DNA of 64,000 bases from Leucoraja ocellata (GCA_036785375.1 JAWMAR010000963.1:310001-374000), one strand, 5' to 3'. Shown: positions 37,128 through 49,685, numbered from the stretch's first letter. Numbers and translations are program-made. Notes: generated by a model from the letters alone, not told the origin.

Positions 37128-37310
37128 GGCAAGGCAACTTTAATTAGGCAAGGCACCTTTAATTAAGCAAGGCACCTTTAATTAAGCAAGGTAACTTTAA
37201 TGAGGCAAGGCAACTTTAATTAGGCAAGGCAACTTTAATTAAGCAAGGCAGCATTAATTAGGCAAGGCAATTATCGCATTCTCACACCAACTTTTCAATT
37301 AGGCAAGGCA
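37128..37310. repeat. 19-bp minisatellite (aattaggcaaggcaacttt), ~8 copies
   Basis: Directly visible tandem units inside Helitron copy 1. Confidence 0.92.
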
Positions 37311-37929
37311 ACTAGCATTCTCAAACCAAAACACACTTTTAGCATGCATTTTCAAACCAAAAAACACTTTTAGCAAGCATTTTGAAACCACATTAAGGGC
37401 ACACAGTTTAATGGACATGTGTTCAGTGCTATTCACAGCTCAGACTAAGAGACGTGACCCTCTCGCTCCCCCATCTTGCAGAGACTGACTGAGGCACTCA
37501 AAACTTCTGGGTTTTATAGTCCCTCCGGAAGGGGCATGGCCTTCAGGAGAGAGAGTCTCGACATTTTCTAAACACTAATAACTCTTTCATTTTTCATCGA
37601 TAGGAAAAATCCTCTTGTCCTGCGCAGCAGAGGGGGACTCTGGGTAAGATGGCCAAAAAGCACAGCCGTAAGTGGCAGCGTTTTTTCTAAAATCAATATA
37701 CAGAACAACAGGAAGTGGTCAAGATCAGGCTTTTAGTTATATATATACATAATCATGAGAGGAATAGATCAGGTAGATGCACAGAGTTTCTTGCCCAGAT
37801 TAGGAAAATCAAGATCCAGAGAACATAGGTTTAAAGTGAGGGGGGGAGATTTAACAGGAACCTGAGCAGTAACATTTTCACACAAAAAGTGATGGGTGTA
37901 TGAGTGAGCTGCTGGAAGAGGTAGATGTA

Positions 37930-40574
37930 TGTAAAATGCATGTAAAAAGGGAACTGCTGTAATCATGGGGGATTTCAATTTTCATATTAATTGGGCAAAC
38001 CAAACTGGGCATGGTAGACTAGAGGAAGAGTTTATAGAATGTATTAGAGACGGGTTCCTAGAACAGTATGTCACAGAACCGACAAGGGGGGAGGCAATCT
38101 TGGATCTGGTCCTGTGTAATGAAGCAGGATTAATTAAAAATGTCATAGTTAGGGACTCGTTGGGAACAAGTGACCACAATATGGTTGAATTCCATATTCA
38201 AATAGAAGGGGAGCAGGTTGAAACTCAGGCTAGGGTGCTTAGTCTAAATAAGGGGGATTATGAAGGTATGAGGACTGAGCTGATCAAAGTTGACTGGGAT
38301 AGCAGACTCAAGAATAAGACGGTACATGAGCAGTGGTGTACGTTTAAGGGTATACTGTATAACCTTCAAGAAAAATTTATTCCTATGAAGAAAAAAAGGG
38401 GTAAGGGTAAGAACAGTCAGCCATGGCTCAGTAAAACTATAAAGGATAGTATTCGGCTGAAGGCAAGGGCATATAAGGTAGCCAGAGATAGTGGGAGGGT
38501 AGAGGATTGGGAAGCATTTAAAGGTCAGCAAAAAATAACTAAGAGATTAATTAAGACGGGGAAAATAGACTATGAAAGGAATTTAGCGAACAACATAAAA
38601 ACTAATAGTAAGAGTTTTTATAGCTATATAAAAAGAAAAAGGGTGGCTAAGGTGAACGTTGGTCCATTGGAGGGTGAGACTGGAGAGTTGTTGGTGGGGA
38701 ACATGGAAATGGCAAAGGCATTAAACGAGTATTTTGTATCAGTCTTCACCATAGAAGACACAAAAAATATTCCAACGCTGGATAAACAGGGGGCGGTAGG
38801 AATGGAGGAGCTAAATACTATTAAGATCACCAAGGAGGTGGTATTAGGGAAATTAATGAGACTGAAGGAGGATAAATCCCCTGGGCCTGATGGATTACAT
38901 CCAAGGGTCTTGAGGGAGTTAGCGGTGGGGATTGTGGATGCATTGGTGATAATTTTCCAAAACTCCCTGGAGGCAGGAACGGTCCCAGTGGATTGGAAAA
39001 TGGCCAATGTAACACCTATATTTAAAAAAGGAAGTAAACAGAAGGCGGGTAACTATAGACCGGTTAGTCTAACATCGGTGGTTAAATGTTAGAGACAATT
39101 ATTAGAGACAATGTTAGAGTGCTCTAACAAATGTTAGAGACAATTAAAGAAACACTAACGGGGCACTTGGATAAACATGACTTCATCGGACAGAACCAGC
39201 ATGGTTTTGTGAAGGGGAAGTCCTGTTTAACGAATCTGCTCGAATTCTTTGAGGAAGTAACAACCCGGGTGGATAAAGGGGAACCAGTGGATGTGGTATA
39301 CTTGGACTTCCAAAAGGCTTTTGACAAGGTGCCACATAAGAGACTATTGCTAAAAATAAAAAATTATGGGATTGGGGGTAATATATTAGCATGGGTAGAG
39401 GATTGGCTAACAAATAGGAAGCAGAGAGTGGGGATAAATGGTTCATACTCGGGATGGCAACCGGTAACTAGCGGGGTTCCGCAAGGGTCGGTGCTGGGAC
39501 CCCAGTTGTTCACAATTTATATAAATGATTTGGAGGAGGGAACCAAGTGTAATATATCAAAATTTGCGGACGATACAAAAATGGGAGGAAAAGTAGGGGA
39601 TGAGGAGGATAGGAAGAGTCTGCAAAAGGATATAGATAAGCTAGGTGAGTGGGCAACAACTTGGCAGATGAAATTTAATACTAATAAATGTGAAGTCATT
39701 CACTTTGGGAAAAAAATGATAGGGCAAGTTATTTTCTAAATGAGGAGGAGCTGCGTTGTAATGCAACGCAAAGGGATCTAGGGGTATTAGTACATGAATC
39801 ACTGAAAGTTAGTATGCAGGTGCAGCAAGCAATCAGGAAGGCCAATGGAGTTTTGGCCTTTATTGCTAGGGGGATTGAGTATAAAAACACGGAGGTCTTG
39901 CTGCAGCTGTACACAGTATTAGTGAGACCACATTTGGAATACTGTGTACAGTTCTGGGGTCCATACTTAAGAAAGGATGTACTAGCCCTGGAGGCAGTGC
40001 AGCGAAGGTTTACAAGATTAATTCCTGCAATGAGGGGATTGACATATGAGGAAAGGTTAAGTAGGCTGGAACTCTACTCTTTGGAGTTTAGAAGAATGAG
40101 AGGCGATCTCATTGAAACATATAAGATCGTGAGGGGCCTTGATCGGGTGGATGCACCGAGGATGTTCCCAATGATCGGGGAAACTAGAACTAGGGGACAT
40201 AGTTGCAGAATAAGGGGGGGCTCTTTTAAAACTGAGATGAGGAAGAACTTCTTCACCCAGAGGGTGGTTAATTTATGGAATTCACTGCCCCAGGAAGCAG
40301 TGGAAGCAGAAACTTTAAATATATTTAAGACTAAAATAGATGTTTTTTTAGCTGCCAAGGGGATAAGGGGCTACGGGGAGAGGGCAGGGATATGGACCTA
40401 GGTATGGTTAGTATAGTAAGACCTGAGTGATCTCCTGGACAAGTGTCGATCGCCTAGATTGGGGTCGGAGAGGAATTTCCCGGATTTTTTTTCCCGAATT
40501 GGACCTGGGTTTTTATCCGTTTTTTTGCCTCCCCCAGGAGATCACAAGGTTCTTGGGGTGGAGAGGGGTGATAG
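37930..40574 (+). mobile_element. Young CR1 LINE (endonuclease C-terminus + RT); two ORF lesions and a missing 3' tip
   Basis: ORFs 37965-39092, 39131-39739 and 39814-40401 with GDFN, SDH, DFQKAFDKVPH and FADD; near-identical to 61229-62567. Confidence 0.97.
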
Positions 40575-40907
40575 AAAGATCATTATTCTAGATCTTTGCT
40601 TCCATGTTTTGCATTTTATAATGATATACTTGGGAGGAGATTTTTGCGAACATTCTCATAAATGGTATACAGTACTGACATAAAATTCTATTTGGTTTGA
40701 AGGTTCAAATCTTCAGCTTCAATCTGAAATAGCACCTTTCTAATGTTTGCATTTCGAGTTCTAACAGGATCAGGTCCCATGTGAATGCACCTAGTCTCTG
40801 CTGCAACATTCTGGAATGGGGAGGATGGGATATTAGCCAACTCACCTTTCAACTTTCACCCTGAGCTAAATAAATGGCAGGTGATATTGTAACCCATCAA
40901 GAAGCTG

Positions 40908-41052
40908 GGCACCACAGTGGCACAGCGGTGGAATTGTTACAGCACTAGAGACCCTGGGTTTGATCCTGACTATGGGTGCTGTCTGTTTTGAGTTTTATGT
41001 TCTCCCTGTGACCAAGTGGGCTTTCTCCGGGTGCTCCAGTTTCCTCCCAAGT
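40908..41052 (+). mobile_element. V-SINE 5' half
   Basis: gtggcacagcggtgga...gatcctgactatgggtgctgtctgt...ctccagtttcctccca. Confidence 0.85.
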
Positions 41053-41054
41053 TT

Positions 41055-41330
41055 CAACCCCATTCTCCTTGCCTTCTCCCCATAACCTCTGAAACCTGTA
41101 CTAATCAAGAATCTATCAATCTCCGCCTTTTAAATAACCATTGGCTTAGCCTCCACAGGCTTCTGTGGCAATGGACCACTGATTCACCACCCTCTGACTA
41201 AAGAAATTCCTGCACATCTCCTTTCTAAAGGTACATCCTTTTATTCTGAGGCTATGGCTTCTGATCCTAGATTCACCAGTGGAATCATCCCCTCCACATC
41301 TGCTCTGTTCAGGCCTTTCACCATTTCACT
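41055..41330 (-). mobile_element. CR1 3' fragment
   Basis: caaccccattctccttgccttctccccataacc...aagaaattcctgcacatctc. Confidence 0.8.
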
Positions 41331-41454
41331 CGGTCTTTTGGTCGCTGCCTACAACAGCCATTTCCTTTGCTTTTTTCATCTGTCCTCCTCTGCAACTTAA
41401 ACTAAGTTTGATTTCTAACTTGCTCTAGCTCAGATGAAAGCCATCAACAGCGTC

Positions 41455-41531
41455 TCAAAACGTCACCTATTCCTTTTCTCCAGAGATGCTGCCTGACCCG
41501 CTGAGTTACTCCAGCATTTTTTGTCTATCTA
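41455..41531 (+). mobile_element. Penelope terminal fragment
   Basis: aaacgtcacctattccttttctccagagatgctgcctgacccgctgagttactccagc. Confidence 0.82.
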
Positions 41532-42944
41532 ACATTTAATGTTAACTTTATTTATCTCGCCACATATCTGCCTGAACTGATGAGAATCCCCAACATTTTC
41601 TGCTCATTTCAGATTATATTTTGATTTTTGATAAATATTTAAAATTTTTGGACATACTTAAAAAAATCATTACAATTCAAAAGAGAGTAACCAACTGTCC
41701 AAGGATTCTTCAGTCCACCTGTCATTATTCATGAATAATATAAATTAGTCATTTTTCTCATTGCAATTTTTGAGAAACCGCAAAAAGAAATAACAGGTTC
41801 TTACAAGTATAGTTTCTGTAACTTTCTTTGAGATATTTTGACATGGAAAAACTCTATTTAAATCAAACATTCGCATGGCTTTGTTTTTGAGCCTTGTCAA
41901 ATTAGATATTTTCCAGTAGTATCACATTCTGTTCTACATCCAAAAGTTCATTAAGTATTAAAAAGCCAAATGCCAAAAATAGAAATTAAAGCTATCAGCA
42001 GCTAAAAGACAACCATGTAATCTTGTAGCAGAACTCCTCATTGCAACAAAAACAAGGTGTTCTTTGTCACTTTGTTGAATGTTTTGTGTGTGTCAGGCAT
42101 TTTTGTGCTGTTTCTTTCAATTTTTCTGCATGTCACATTATTTCTAATTTCTAGTAAATTGCCAATATACTGAGGCCCATCGCCACAACAGCTCAGTGCA
42201 ACATCAGGTATGTATGAGGAATGGATAATACATTTGGCAAAAGTGAACACAAGGGATGTGTATTCAGTATATTTTTCTTGTGGCCAATTAACAGCTTTTT
42301 TTTACACGATGGTTTATTGGCATGCAGCAAGCAGCAGGCACTGACCTTGTACTTTTGAGAATTATTTGCTTATTAATCACGATGGTCAGTGAAGCATGCT
42401 AAGTTAACATCATGAGACTGTCACCCAGTGAGACAGTGCAGCCACTAACCACCATCCAGGCATTACCTACTTTGATGGAATCTTTCAATCAGTTTTACTT
42501 GATGAGGAATATGCCCATCTGGTTTAGCATACCAGCTGGCAGCCATTCAAGTTAACAAGGTTCCTTTGCCAACAAGGCATGTGTCTCACCAGATGTCACA
42601 GTGTTCTTTGCTCTCTACACTCAGTTCCAATGAGGCACACCTACACAAGATGAATGCCAAAAACTAGATCTTAATGGGCTAATGATTATAATTGGAGCAG
42701 TTATCACAGGCATAAGTGTTGTGGGATATGATACCATGCGTTTGTGAAATTAAATTTTAGCCTGATTTTGGTGAGTTAATGTCATTCAACACATATGCAG
42801 TTTTGTAATGGGAGCATTGATGCACAAAGACTTGAAAGAAAGGAGATCAATAAGTTTCAATCATAACATTTAAAAAATGATGGAAGATTAGAGAATTGGT
42901 TACAACAATGGCAATGTTTCTTCACTTGTGACACCTCACATAGC

Positions 42945-43225
42945 AACGGTGGTGCAGTCCTTACAGCACCAGAGACCTAGTTTAATCCCGACTACAGGTG
43001 CTTGTACGTTCTCCCCATGTCTGCGTGGGTTTTCTCCGAGATCTTCAGTTTCCTCCCACACTCCAAAGACATACATGTTTGTTGGATAATTGGCTTGGTA
43101 TAAATGTAACATTGCCCTAGTGTGTGTAGGATAGTGTTAATGTGCGGGGATCACTGGTCGGTGCGAACTCGGTGGAACGAAGGGGCGGTTTCTGCACTTG
43201 TATCTCTAAAACTAAAACTCAAACT
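42945..43225 (+). mobile_element. V-SINE (HE1-like)
   Basis: V-domain gtacgttctccccatgtctgcgtgggttttctcc...tcccacactccaaagac; taaaac tail. Confidence 0.92.
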
Positions 43226-43919
43226 CTCACTAAATGACAGTTTCTAATGGTTCTAATTAAGCTTTAGGAGTTTCAGTACGTTTTGCCATGGATATGCATT
43301 AAAAACCAAAACTGTGCTCACATTCTACACTAATTATTTGTCAGAAATACATCCTTTTTTTGTGTTTTGCTTCTTGAGCATAAAGTTGTCTAATATTTTT
43401 TCCCAAAACTCAACCATAGATTCTTGCTCTCATTTCATTCTATGGTTCTATTTTGTTTTAATGCAATGACGGCTGTATTTGTGCAGTTCCTTCTTAGCCT
43501 GTTCGTATAAAAATGAAAGAGACTTATAAATTATATGAAAAATCCATCCATGTTACTGGAAGTTTAGGTGTTGCACTCTATCTATATTACTTTGTGCCAT
43601 ACTTTCCATGCCTTCTTACTAAAGTAATGATGCCCAGAAATGCCAGACATGATAAATAAAACCTGCCTAGAAATTGATTTGTGTAGCTGCTCTTTTTAAG
43701 GGTGTAATATGTAAAATTCCATTACACCCAGAGCAGATGGCTTTAGCAATCTTTTCCAAATGAAATTATACCAATTGTGAAATTGGACCAGGCACTTCAG
43801 TGTGCAGTCCATGACAGCTTGCCTGATCATTTCCTGCTATCATGATGCATTATGACATTTTTTTAATCGCAAAATAGGTGCTAAGGAAATTTGCTCACAA
43901 ATAGCTCACGAAATTTGCT

Positions 43920-44206
43920 CACGCTGCCTTACACCACCAGTGACCTGGGTTCGATCCTGACTATGGGTGCTCTCTATACGGAATTTGCATATTCTTCCCG
44001 TAAACTCCATGGGTTCTCTCCGGCATCTCCAGTTTCCTCCCACATTCCAATGACGTACAGGTTGGTGGGCTAATTGGCTTGGTATCATTGTAAATTGTCC
44101 CTCATGTATAGAGGATAGCATCACTGTGCAGGTAATGGTGGTCGGTGCGGATTCGATGGGCCGAGGGGCCAGTTTCCACGCTGTATCACTAAACTAAATC
44201 TAAACT
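43920..44206 (+). mobile_element. V-SINE (HE1-like)
   Basis: B-box-like gggttcgatcc, V-domain and taaac tail. Confidence 0.9.
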
Positions 44207-44327
44207 CTCCACAACTATTGTAAATCAGTCTCAGTAGACCAAGCACATTTTCATGCTGGCTTATTGATCATCTTGTTTTCTATGGGATATTACAAGTCCT
44301 AACTGGGAAACTTTAGAAATGAATATT

Positions 44328-44632
44328 TTGTTTAGTTTAGACATACAGTGTGGAAACAGGCCCTTTGCCTACCGAGTCCATGCCCACCGACGATCCCCGT
44401 CCACTTTCACTATCCTACACACTAGGGAACATTTAAAATGTTAGCAAAGCCAATTAACCAACAAACCTACACATTTTTGGAGTGTGGAAGAATACAGGAG
44501 CATCCAAAGATGACCCACACAGGTCACAAGGAGAACGTACAAACTGTGTACAGACAGCACCCATGGTCAAGATCGAACCTGGATCTCTGGCACTGTAAGA
44601 CAGCAACTCTGCCGCTGCACCATCATGCTGCC
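44328..44632 (-). mobile_element. V-SINE (HE1-like)
   Basis: Reverse complement of the same family; tttagtttag tail at the left end. Confidence 0.9.
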
Positions 44633-44789
44633 GGTGTAACACTAACACGCATGTAGCTGCAGGGATGGTCTTGTAATGGATACCTAATCACCAATGTTGC
44701 TGGCAGCAATTCATTACAGCAATCAATTACGGGATGACTGTCCATTCACCTGGGGCATGAGGTAAGGACAGGACCAACTACAAAGAGCC

Positions 44790-45740
44790 TATCTCCATAG
44801 ATACATGTTTCTTTCAATACCTATAAGTGTCTCAGTTCTCAGGTCTCGGGTACACAGTCTTGGATCTTCTAAGGGTGCCATCATTGTGACTTTGTGCAGG
44901 GAGACCAACACACACAGGAAATCGCTAATATTGCTGGATTCCCCTAAATGCAGGGAATCATTGACAGTCCGAGTCCCAATAAGGATTTCTGTGAAGAACT
45001 TGGATCCTTGTGCCAGCAGAAAATGTTTCAACTTCCTCAATATAAAGTTTGTAAATTATGATAATTTCCTCATGGTGAATGCCTCGCTTTCACAAAGCAA
45101 CCCAACTCCTTCAACCCATACAAACTGCACTGCCAGGTATTTGATGAAGCTCAGACTGCCTGGAAGATGGATCACAATGAGCCTTGGGTTCATCTCACCG
45201 GTATGCTCTTCAACCATGACGTGGTGCGGCACGGTGGCACAGCAGTAGAGTTGCTGCCTTACAGCGCTAGAGACCCGGGTTTGACGGGTGCTGCCTATAA
45301 GGAGTTTGTACGTTCTCCCCGTGACCTGTGTGGGTTTTCTCCAGGATCTCTGGTTTCCTCCCACACTAAAAAGACATATAGATTTGTAGATTAATTGGCT
45401 TGGAATAATTGCAAATTGTCCTTAGTGTGTGTAGGATAGTGTTAGTATGCTGGTCGGTGCAGATTCGATGGGCTGACAGGGTTGTATCAGCGCTGTAACT
45501 CTAAACTAAACTACAGGTGCAAAAAATATGAAAGTAGCAGGAATGGTGTGGAAAATATCATTAGCCTTTATCACAGAAGACTTAATTGGGTGTCCCAGCG
45601 CAATCTTATATCTCTATGTTGCCCTTTACCCTTTTCTCTCTTCCATATCCATCAAATCAACATCTGGTTTTCCTACCACAGTCCTGCCAGGCTTGTCACA
45701 TTTCCCCCATCTCTTCTGTCATGGTGTGAATTATAATTCA
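44790..45740 (+). pseudogene. Highly decayed PIF/Harbinger (HARBI1-like) transposase relic, split by a V-SINE
   Basis: Ordered motifs LGSSKGA (~SGSFQ), IAGFP*MQGIID (~IAGFPxVxGAID), RKCFNFLNIKFV (~RKGFHSLNVQ), SRNGVENIISLYHRR (~TRxVIERTIGLLKxRF) and YHSPARL (~YSPxRV). Confidence 0.65.
45228..45513 (+). mobile_element. V-SINE (HE1-like)
   Basis: ggcacggtggcacagcagtagagttgctgcc head, V-domain and taaac tail. Confidence 0.92.
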
Positions 45741-46064
45741 AACAGACATTTTGAAGTTAATATGCCAACTGCCTAAACAAATGATTCTGGAACAAGCCCA
45801 AGACCAATACAAATAACACTGTTGTGAAATCTTGTAAAATAATTAGGTAAAATGAAGGAATGCCATCCGTTAGGTCTGAATGAATGAATACTTTGAATGA
45901 GTGTGTTATTGTCACCCTGCCCCCTCTCTCCCACTGGTTCCCCCATGTTGGGTCCTCATTTATTCTCCCCCCCCCCCCCCCCCCCCCCCCATGTAAATCA
46001 TCTTAACATTTTCTTCAGATTTTGATCAAATATGTGAAAGTGTTGCAATAGTCCCAATTTGGTA

Positions 46065-47577
46065 TCTATATAATTAAAAGTCTCATCTTGACCACTTCCT
46101 GTCCACTAAAATCAATCCTGTGTATTGATTTTAGAAAAAACGCTACCGTATATCGCTATGATTTTTGGCCATCTTAATCACAGTCCTCCTCTGCTGAGTA
46201 AGCACTGAGGATTTTTACCATCGATGAAAAATAAAAAAGTTATGAGTGTTTAAAAAACCTTGAGATCCTCTCGCCTGTCAATCACCGCGATGAAGGTAAC
46301 GCCCCTTCCGGGGAGGGGGAGGAGGACTGTAAAACTCAGGATACATGGACATGACTCAGTCACTCTGCAAGATTGTGAGGGAGAGCCCACAACTCTCATT
46401 CTAAGCTGTGAATCAACTGAACTGTGAGTCTGCAATGTACTTGCAATAAATTATTTGTTAGCTCTTAATGAAAATGAAATGAGCTGTTTGGCCTGCCCTG
46501 TGCTTGAAACTGCAATGGCAATGGAAATGAAATGAAATGGAAATGAAAATGAGATGAGCTGTTCGGCCTGCCCTGTGCTTGAAACTGCAATGGCAATGGA
46601 AAGGAAATTAAAATGCAATGAGCTGTTCAGCCAATTCTGTGCTTGAAACTACAATGGCAATTGAAATTAAATGAACATGCAATGAGTTGTTTAGCGTGCC
46701 CTATGCTTGAAACTGCAATGGAAATGGAAATGAAATGAAAATGCAATGAGCTGTTTGGCCTGCCCTGTGCTTGAAACTGCAATGGAAATGGAAATGAAAT
46801 GAAAATGCAATGAGCTGTTTGGCCTGCACTGTGCTTGAAATTGAAATGAGTTGTTTGGCCTGCCTCAAACCACTAATTTTGGCCCACAAGGCCCCTATTA
46901 GCCAAAAAATCAGTCCCCTTTGCCCAAAATGCCTGTATTAGCCCAGGAGCATTTGGCCCAAAAGGCCCGTGCCAAGCCAGAAAAAGATCAGTAAAAGTGC
47001 CTTTCACTGAGATTTCACTCTTTCTTTTTTTTTTTTAAAGAGCCCATTCGGCCCATCAGGCCTGTACTAGCTCAGGAGGAGTCCTTTCGACCCATCAGTA
47101 ACTATTCCCCCTGCAAGTATTAAACCTCACCCCAGCATTTTTCTCCCTCCCTTCATTGACTCCCCGTGAGATTCAGGCCAGGATAGACTTTCCTCCTTCA
47201 TTAGTGTGATCTGCAGAAAAAGATGAAAAATGTCTAAAATTGATTCTCCACCCTCTTCCCCGTTCTCTCTCACAGAGTCTCTCACCTGTTTTAGGCAGAA
47301 TTTCTGGCAGTTTCTGAGCTGCCAGCCCACCATGCCTGGTTGACTGAGCTGCCAGCCCACCATGCCTGAGTGACCGAGCTGCCAGCATACTATGTGCATA
47401 TAACAATGTACATACTAGCCCTCTGGAAACCAGTCCCTTCAGCCCACAACACCCATATTAGCGCTCCAGAAAGCCCCCCCCCCCCCCCCCCCCACCCCAC
47501 TGGCCACCAATATTGTAACTGGTTGAGAGGTGGAATATTGCATCAGGGGACCAGCCCACCAGGTCCACTTAGTCTAG
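46065..47577 (+). mobile_element. Non-autonomous Helitron (copy 2)
   Basis: A|TCTATATA 5' end; ggacc...ggtcc hairpin followed by cacttagtCTAG at the 3' end; no TSD or TIR. Confidence 0.82.
46470..46865. repeat. ~60-65-bp minisatellite (atgagctgtttggcctgccctgtgcttgaaactgcaatgg...), ~6 copies
   Basis: Directly visible tandem units inside Helitron copy 2. Confidence 0.92.
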
Positions 47578-48494
47578 CTACCGTTAAACGCAGCATGGTT
47601 TGGTGCACCAGAACTCAGTTAAGCTCATTTTATACACAGCCACTTTATATAGCATAGGGTTTGTTAAGATATCAATATGACTGTGTGCATTATGTCAAGT
47701 AATTAATGAACAACTTCAGCAACTTCTTAGCCCTGTGGCAAGAAGCAGAAAAGGTCATTTGAAAAATCTTCAAAATAATCCTGAGATGGGCTACAACAGC
47801 AAGTGGGAGGTGGTAAATAAGTCAATGTAGCCAAAGGAAAATAGATACCAAGCAAAAATAACTTCACTGTAGCAATCAAGCAAGCAAAAAACAGCTTACA
47901 CTAATGAATTCTGAACTTCATCATTCTTGTTCAAGTGCAAATTAATGTCATCAATTTTGTTAAAGGTTTGAACAGATTATACCGTCAATGGGAATAATAA
48001 ATTCCAATTGGTGCAGATAACGTGAATTCTTCCATATAGGTAATTTTTTTTAAACATTCAAGCACCTTGTGGCAAAACAACTAATGGTCTGTTAATTTTG
48101 TTTAATGCGTGCATGTTTTGTTATTCATTACTTCCTAATTAGCATACTCAGCACAAGGATACATATAATTTCTCTCCAGGAAAGTAAAAGCAATGATTAA
48201 TAACAATCAACATCCAAAGCTTTATTTCTGTGTAGAATTCAAAGAGTATTAAGTGGCTTAGTTACAACACTCAACTTTTCTTTGCTGTTCCACTACTGAG
48301 CTTGGAATGCATGTTGACATGTAAACCTTATGCCAAACTGTTAAAAGCATATCTCAAATCTGTTTTCCATTGCTTTCAAAGTTATTGGAAATCTTACAGT
48401 TGTGGTTATGCTTTGACACTCAAAGGCAGAGGCCAATATCTTAAGGTCTATTTAACTATTTTTAATATGGTTGGACATATTAGAAAAAAGGATG

Positions 48495-48736
48495 ATCCGG
48501 CGTAAGTGGACCGCTAGGAGGTGGGGCGGGGGGGGGAGAACACACGAGGACCCAGCATGGGGGGAACAAATGAGAGGGAGGGGGCAGTGGATGGGACGAG
48601 AACAAAGGTGGACCTGGCACGGATACCTCGGAACTTAGTTGCCGCCCTTTATGTAGCAACACTTTGCATACCTTGGGTATGCAAAATAAAGAATTCCACT
48701 GTGACTTGTCACATGTGACAATAACGTATTCATTCA
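48495..48736 (+). mobile_element. Short retroposon with a Rex1-type tail
   Basis: G-rich body; ttgcataccttgggtatgcaa hairpin; then gaattccactgtgacttgtcacatgtgacaataa and (ttca)n. Confidence 0.6.
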
Positions 48737-48994
48737 AAGTATTCGTTCATTCAGACCTAACGGATTTAGCATGGCATTCCTTCATTTTGCCTAATTATTT
48801 TACAAGATATCACAACAGTGTTATTTGTATTGGGCTTGTTCCAGAATCATTTGTTGAGGCAGTTGGCATATTAACTTCAAAATGTCTGTTTGAATTATAA
48901 TTCACACCTTGGCAGAAGAGATGGGGGGAAAGTGACAAGCCTGGCGGGTCTGTGCATATGCAGAGTAGATCATTACTGACAGAATACCATCATG

Positions 48995-49685
48995 ATACAT
49001 AGAAACATAGAAAATAGGTGCAGGAGGTAGCCATTTGGCCCTACGAGCAAGCACCAACATTCATTGTGATCATGGCTGATCATCCACAATCAGTAACCCA
49101 TGCCTGCCTTCTCCCCATATCTTTTGATTCCACTAGCCCCTGGAGCTTTATCTAACTATCTTTTAAATTCATCCAGTGAATTGGCCTCCACTGCCTTCTG
49201 TGGCAGAGAATTCTACAAATTCACAACTCTCTGGGTGAAAAAGTTTGTTCTCATCTCTGTTTTAAATGGCCTCCCCTATATTCTCAGACTGTGGCCCCTG
49301 GTTCTTGACACACCCAACATTGGGAACATTTTTCCTGCATCTAGCTTATCCAGTCCTTTTATAATTTTATATGGTCCTATAAGATATCCTCTCATCCTTC
49401 TAAATTCAGTTGAATATATGCTCAGTCTTTCCATTCTTTCCTCATATCACAGTCCCGCCACCCCGGGGATTAACCTCGTGAACCTACGCTGCATTGCCTC
49501 AAAAGCAAGGATGTGCTTCCTCAAAGTAGGAGAACAAAACAATACTCCAGATGTGATCTCACCAGGGCCCTGTACAACTGCAGAAGGACTTCTTTACACT
49601 TATACTCAAATCCTCTTGTTATGAAGGTCAACATGACATTAGCTTTCTTCACTGCCAGCTGTACCTGCATGTTTACATTCAGCGA
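48995..49685 (-). mobile_element. CR1 3' region
   Basis: (catagaaa)n tail at the left end; reverse complement of the CR1 ORF2 C-terminus; related to 59790-60478. Confidence 0.92.

Larger units (their letters stand above)
36362..37749 (-). mobile_element. Non-autonomous Helitron (copy 1)
   Basis: Minus strand begins A|TGTATATATATAAC and ends cacttagtCTAG|T; no TSD; both ends are homologous to 46065-47577. Confidence 0.8.
36110..37925 (+). mobile_element. CR1 3' region (36110-36361 + 37750-37925) split by a Helitron
   Basis: LEYCVQFWAPCCRK...; tttatagaggta rejoins taatcatgagaggaatagat across the insert. Confidence 0.85.

Noticed and set aside
37128-37310. CRISPR-like array (also 46470-46865 and 21990-22210)
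   Set aside because: Tandem units without unique spacers, in eukaryotic transposon interiors, with no cas genes.
45228-45300. tRNA genes at SINE heads
   Set aside because: A/B-box-like heads run straight into the V-domain and no complete cloverleaf is visible.
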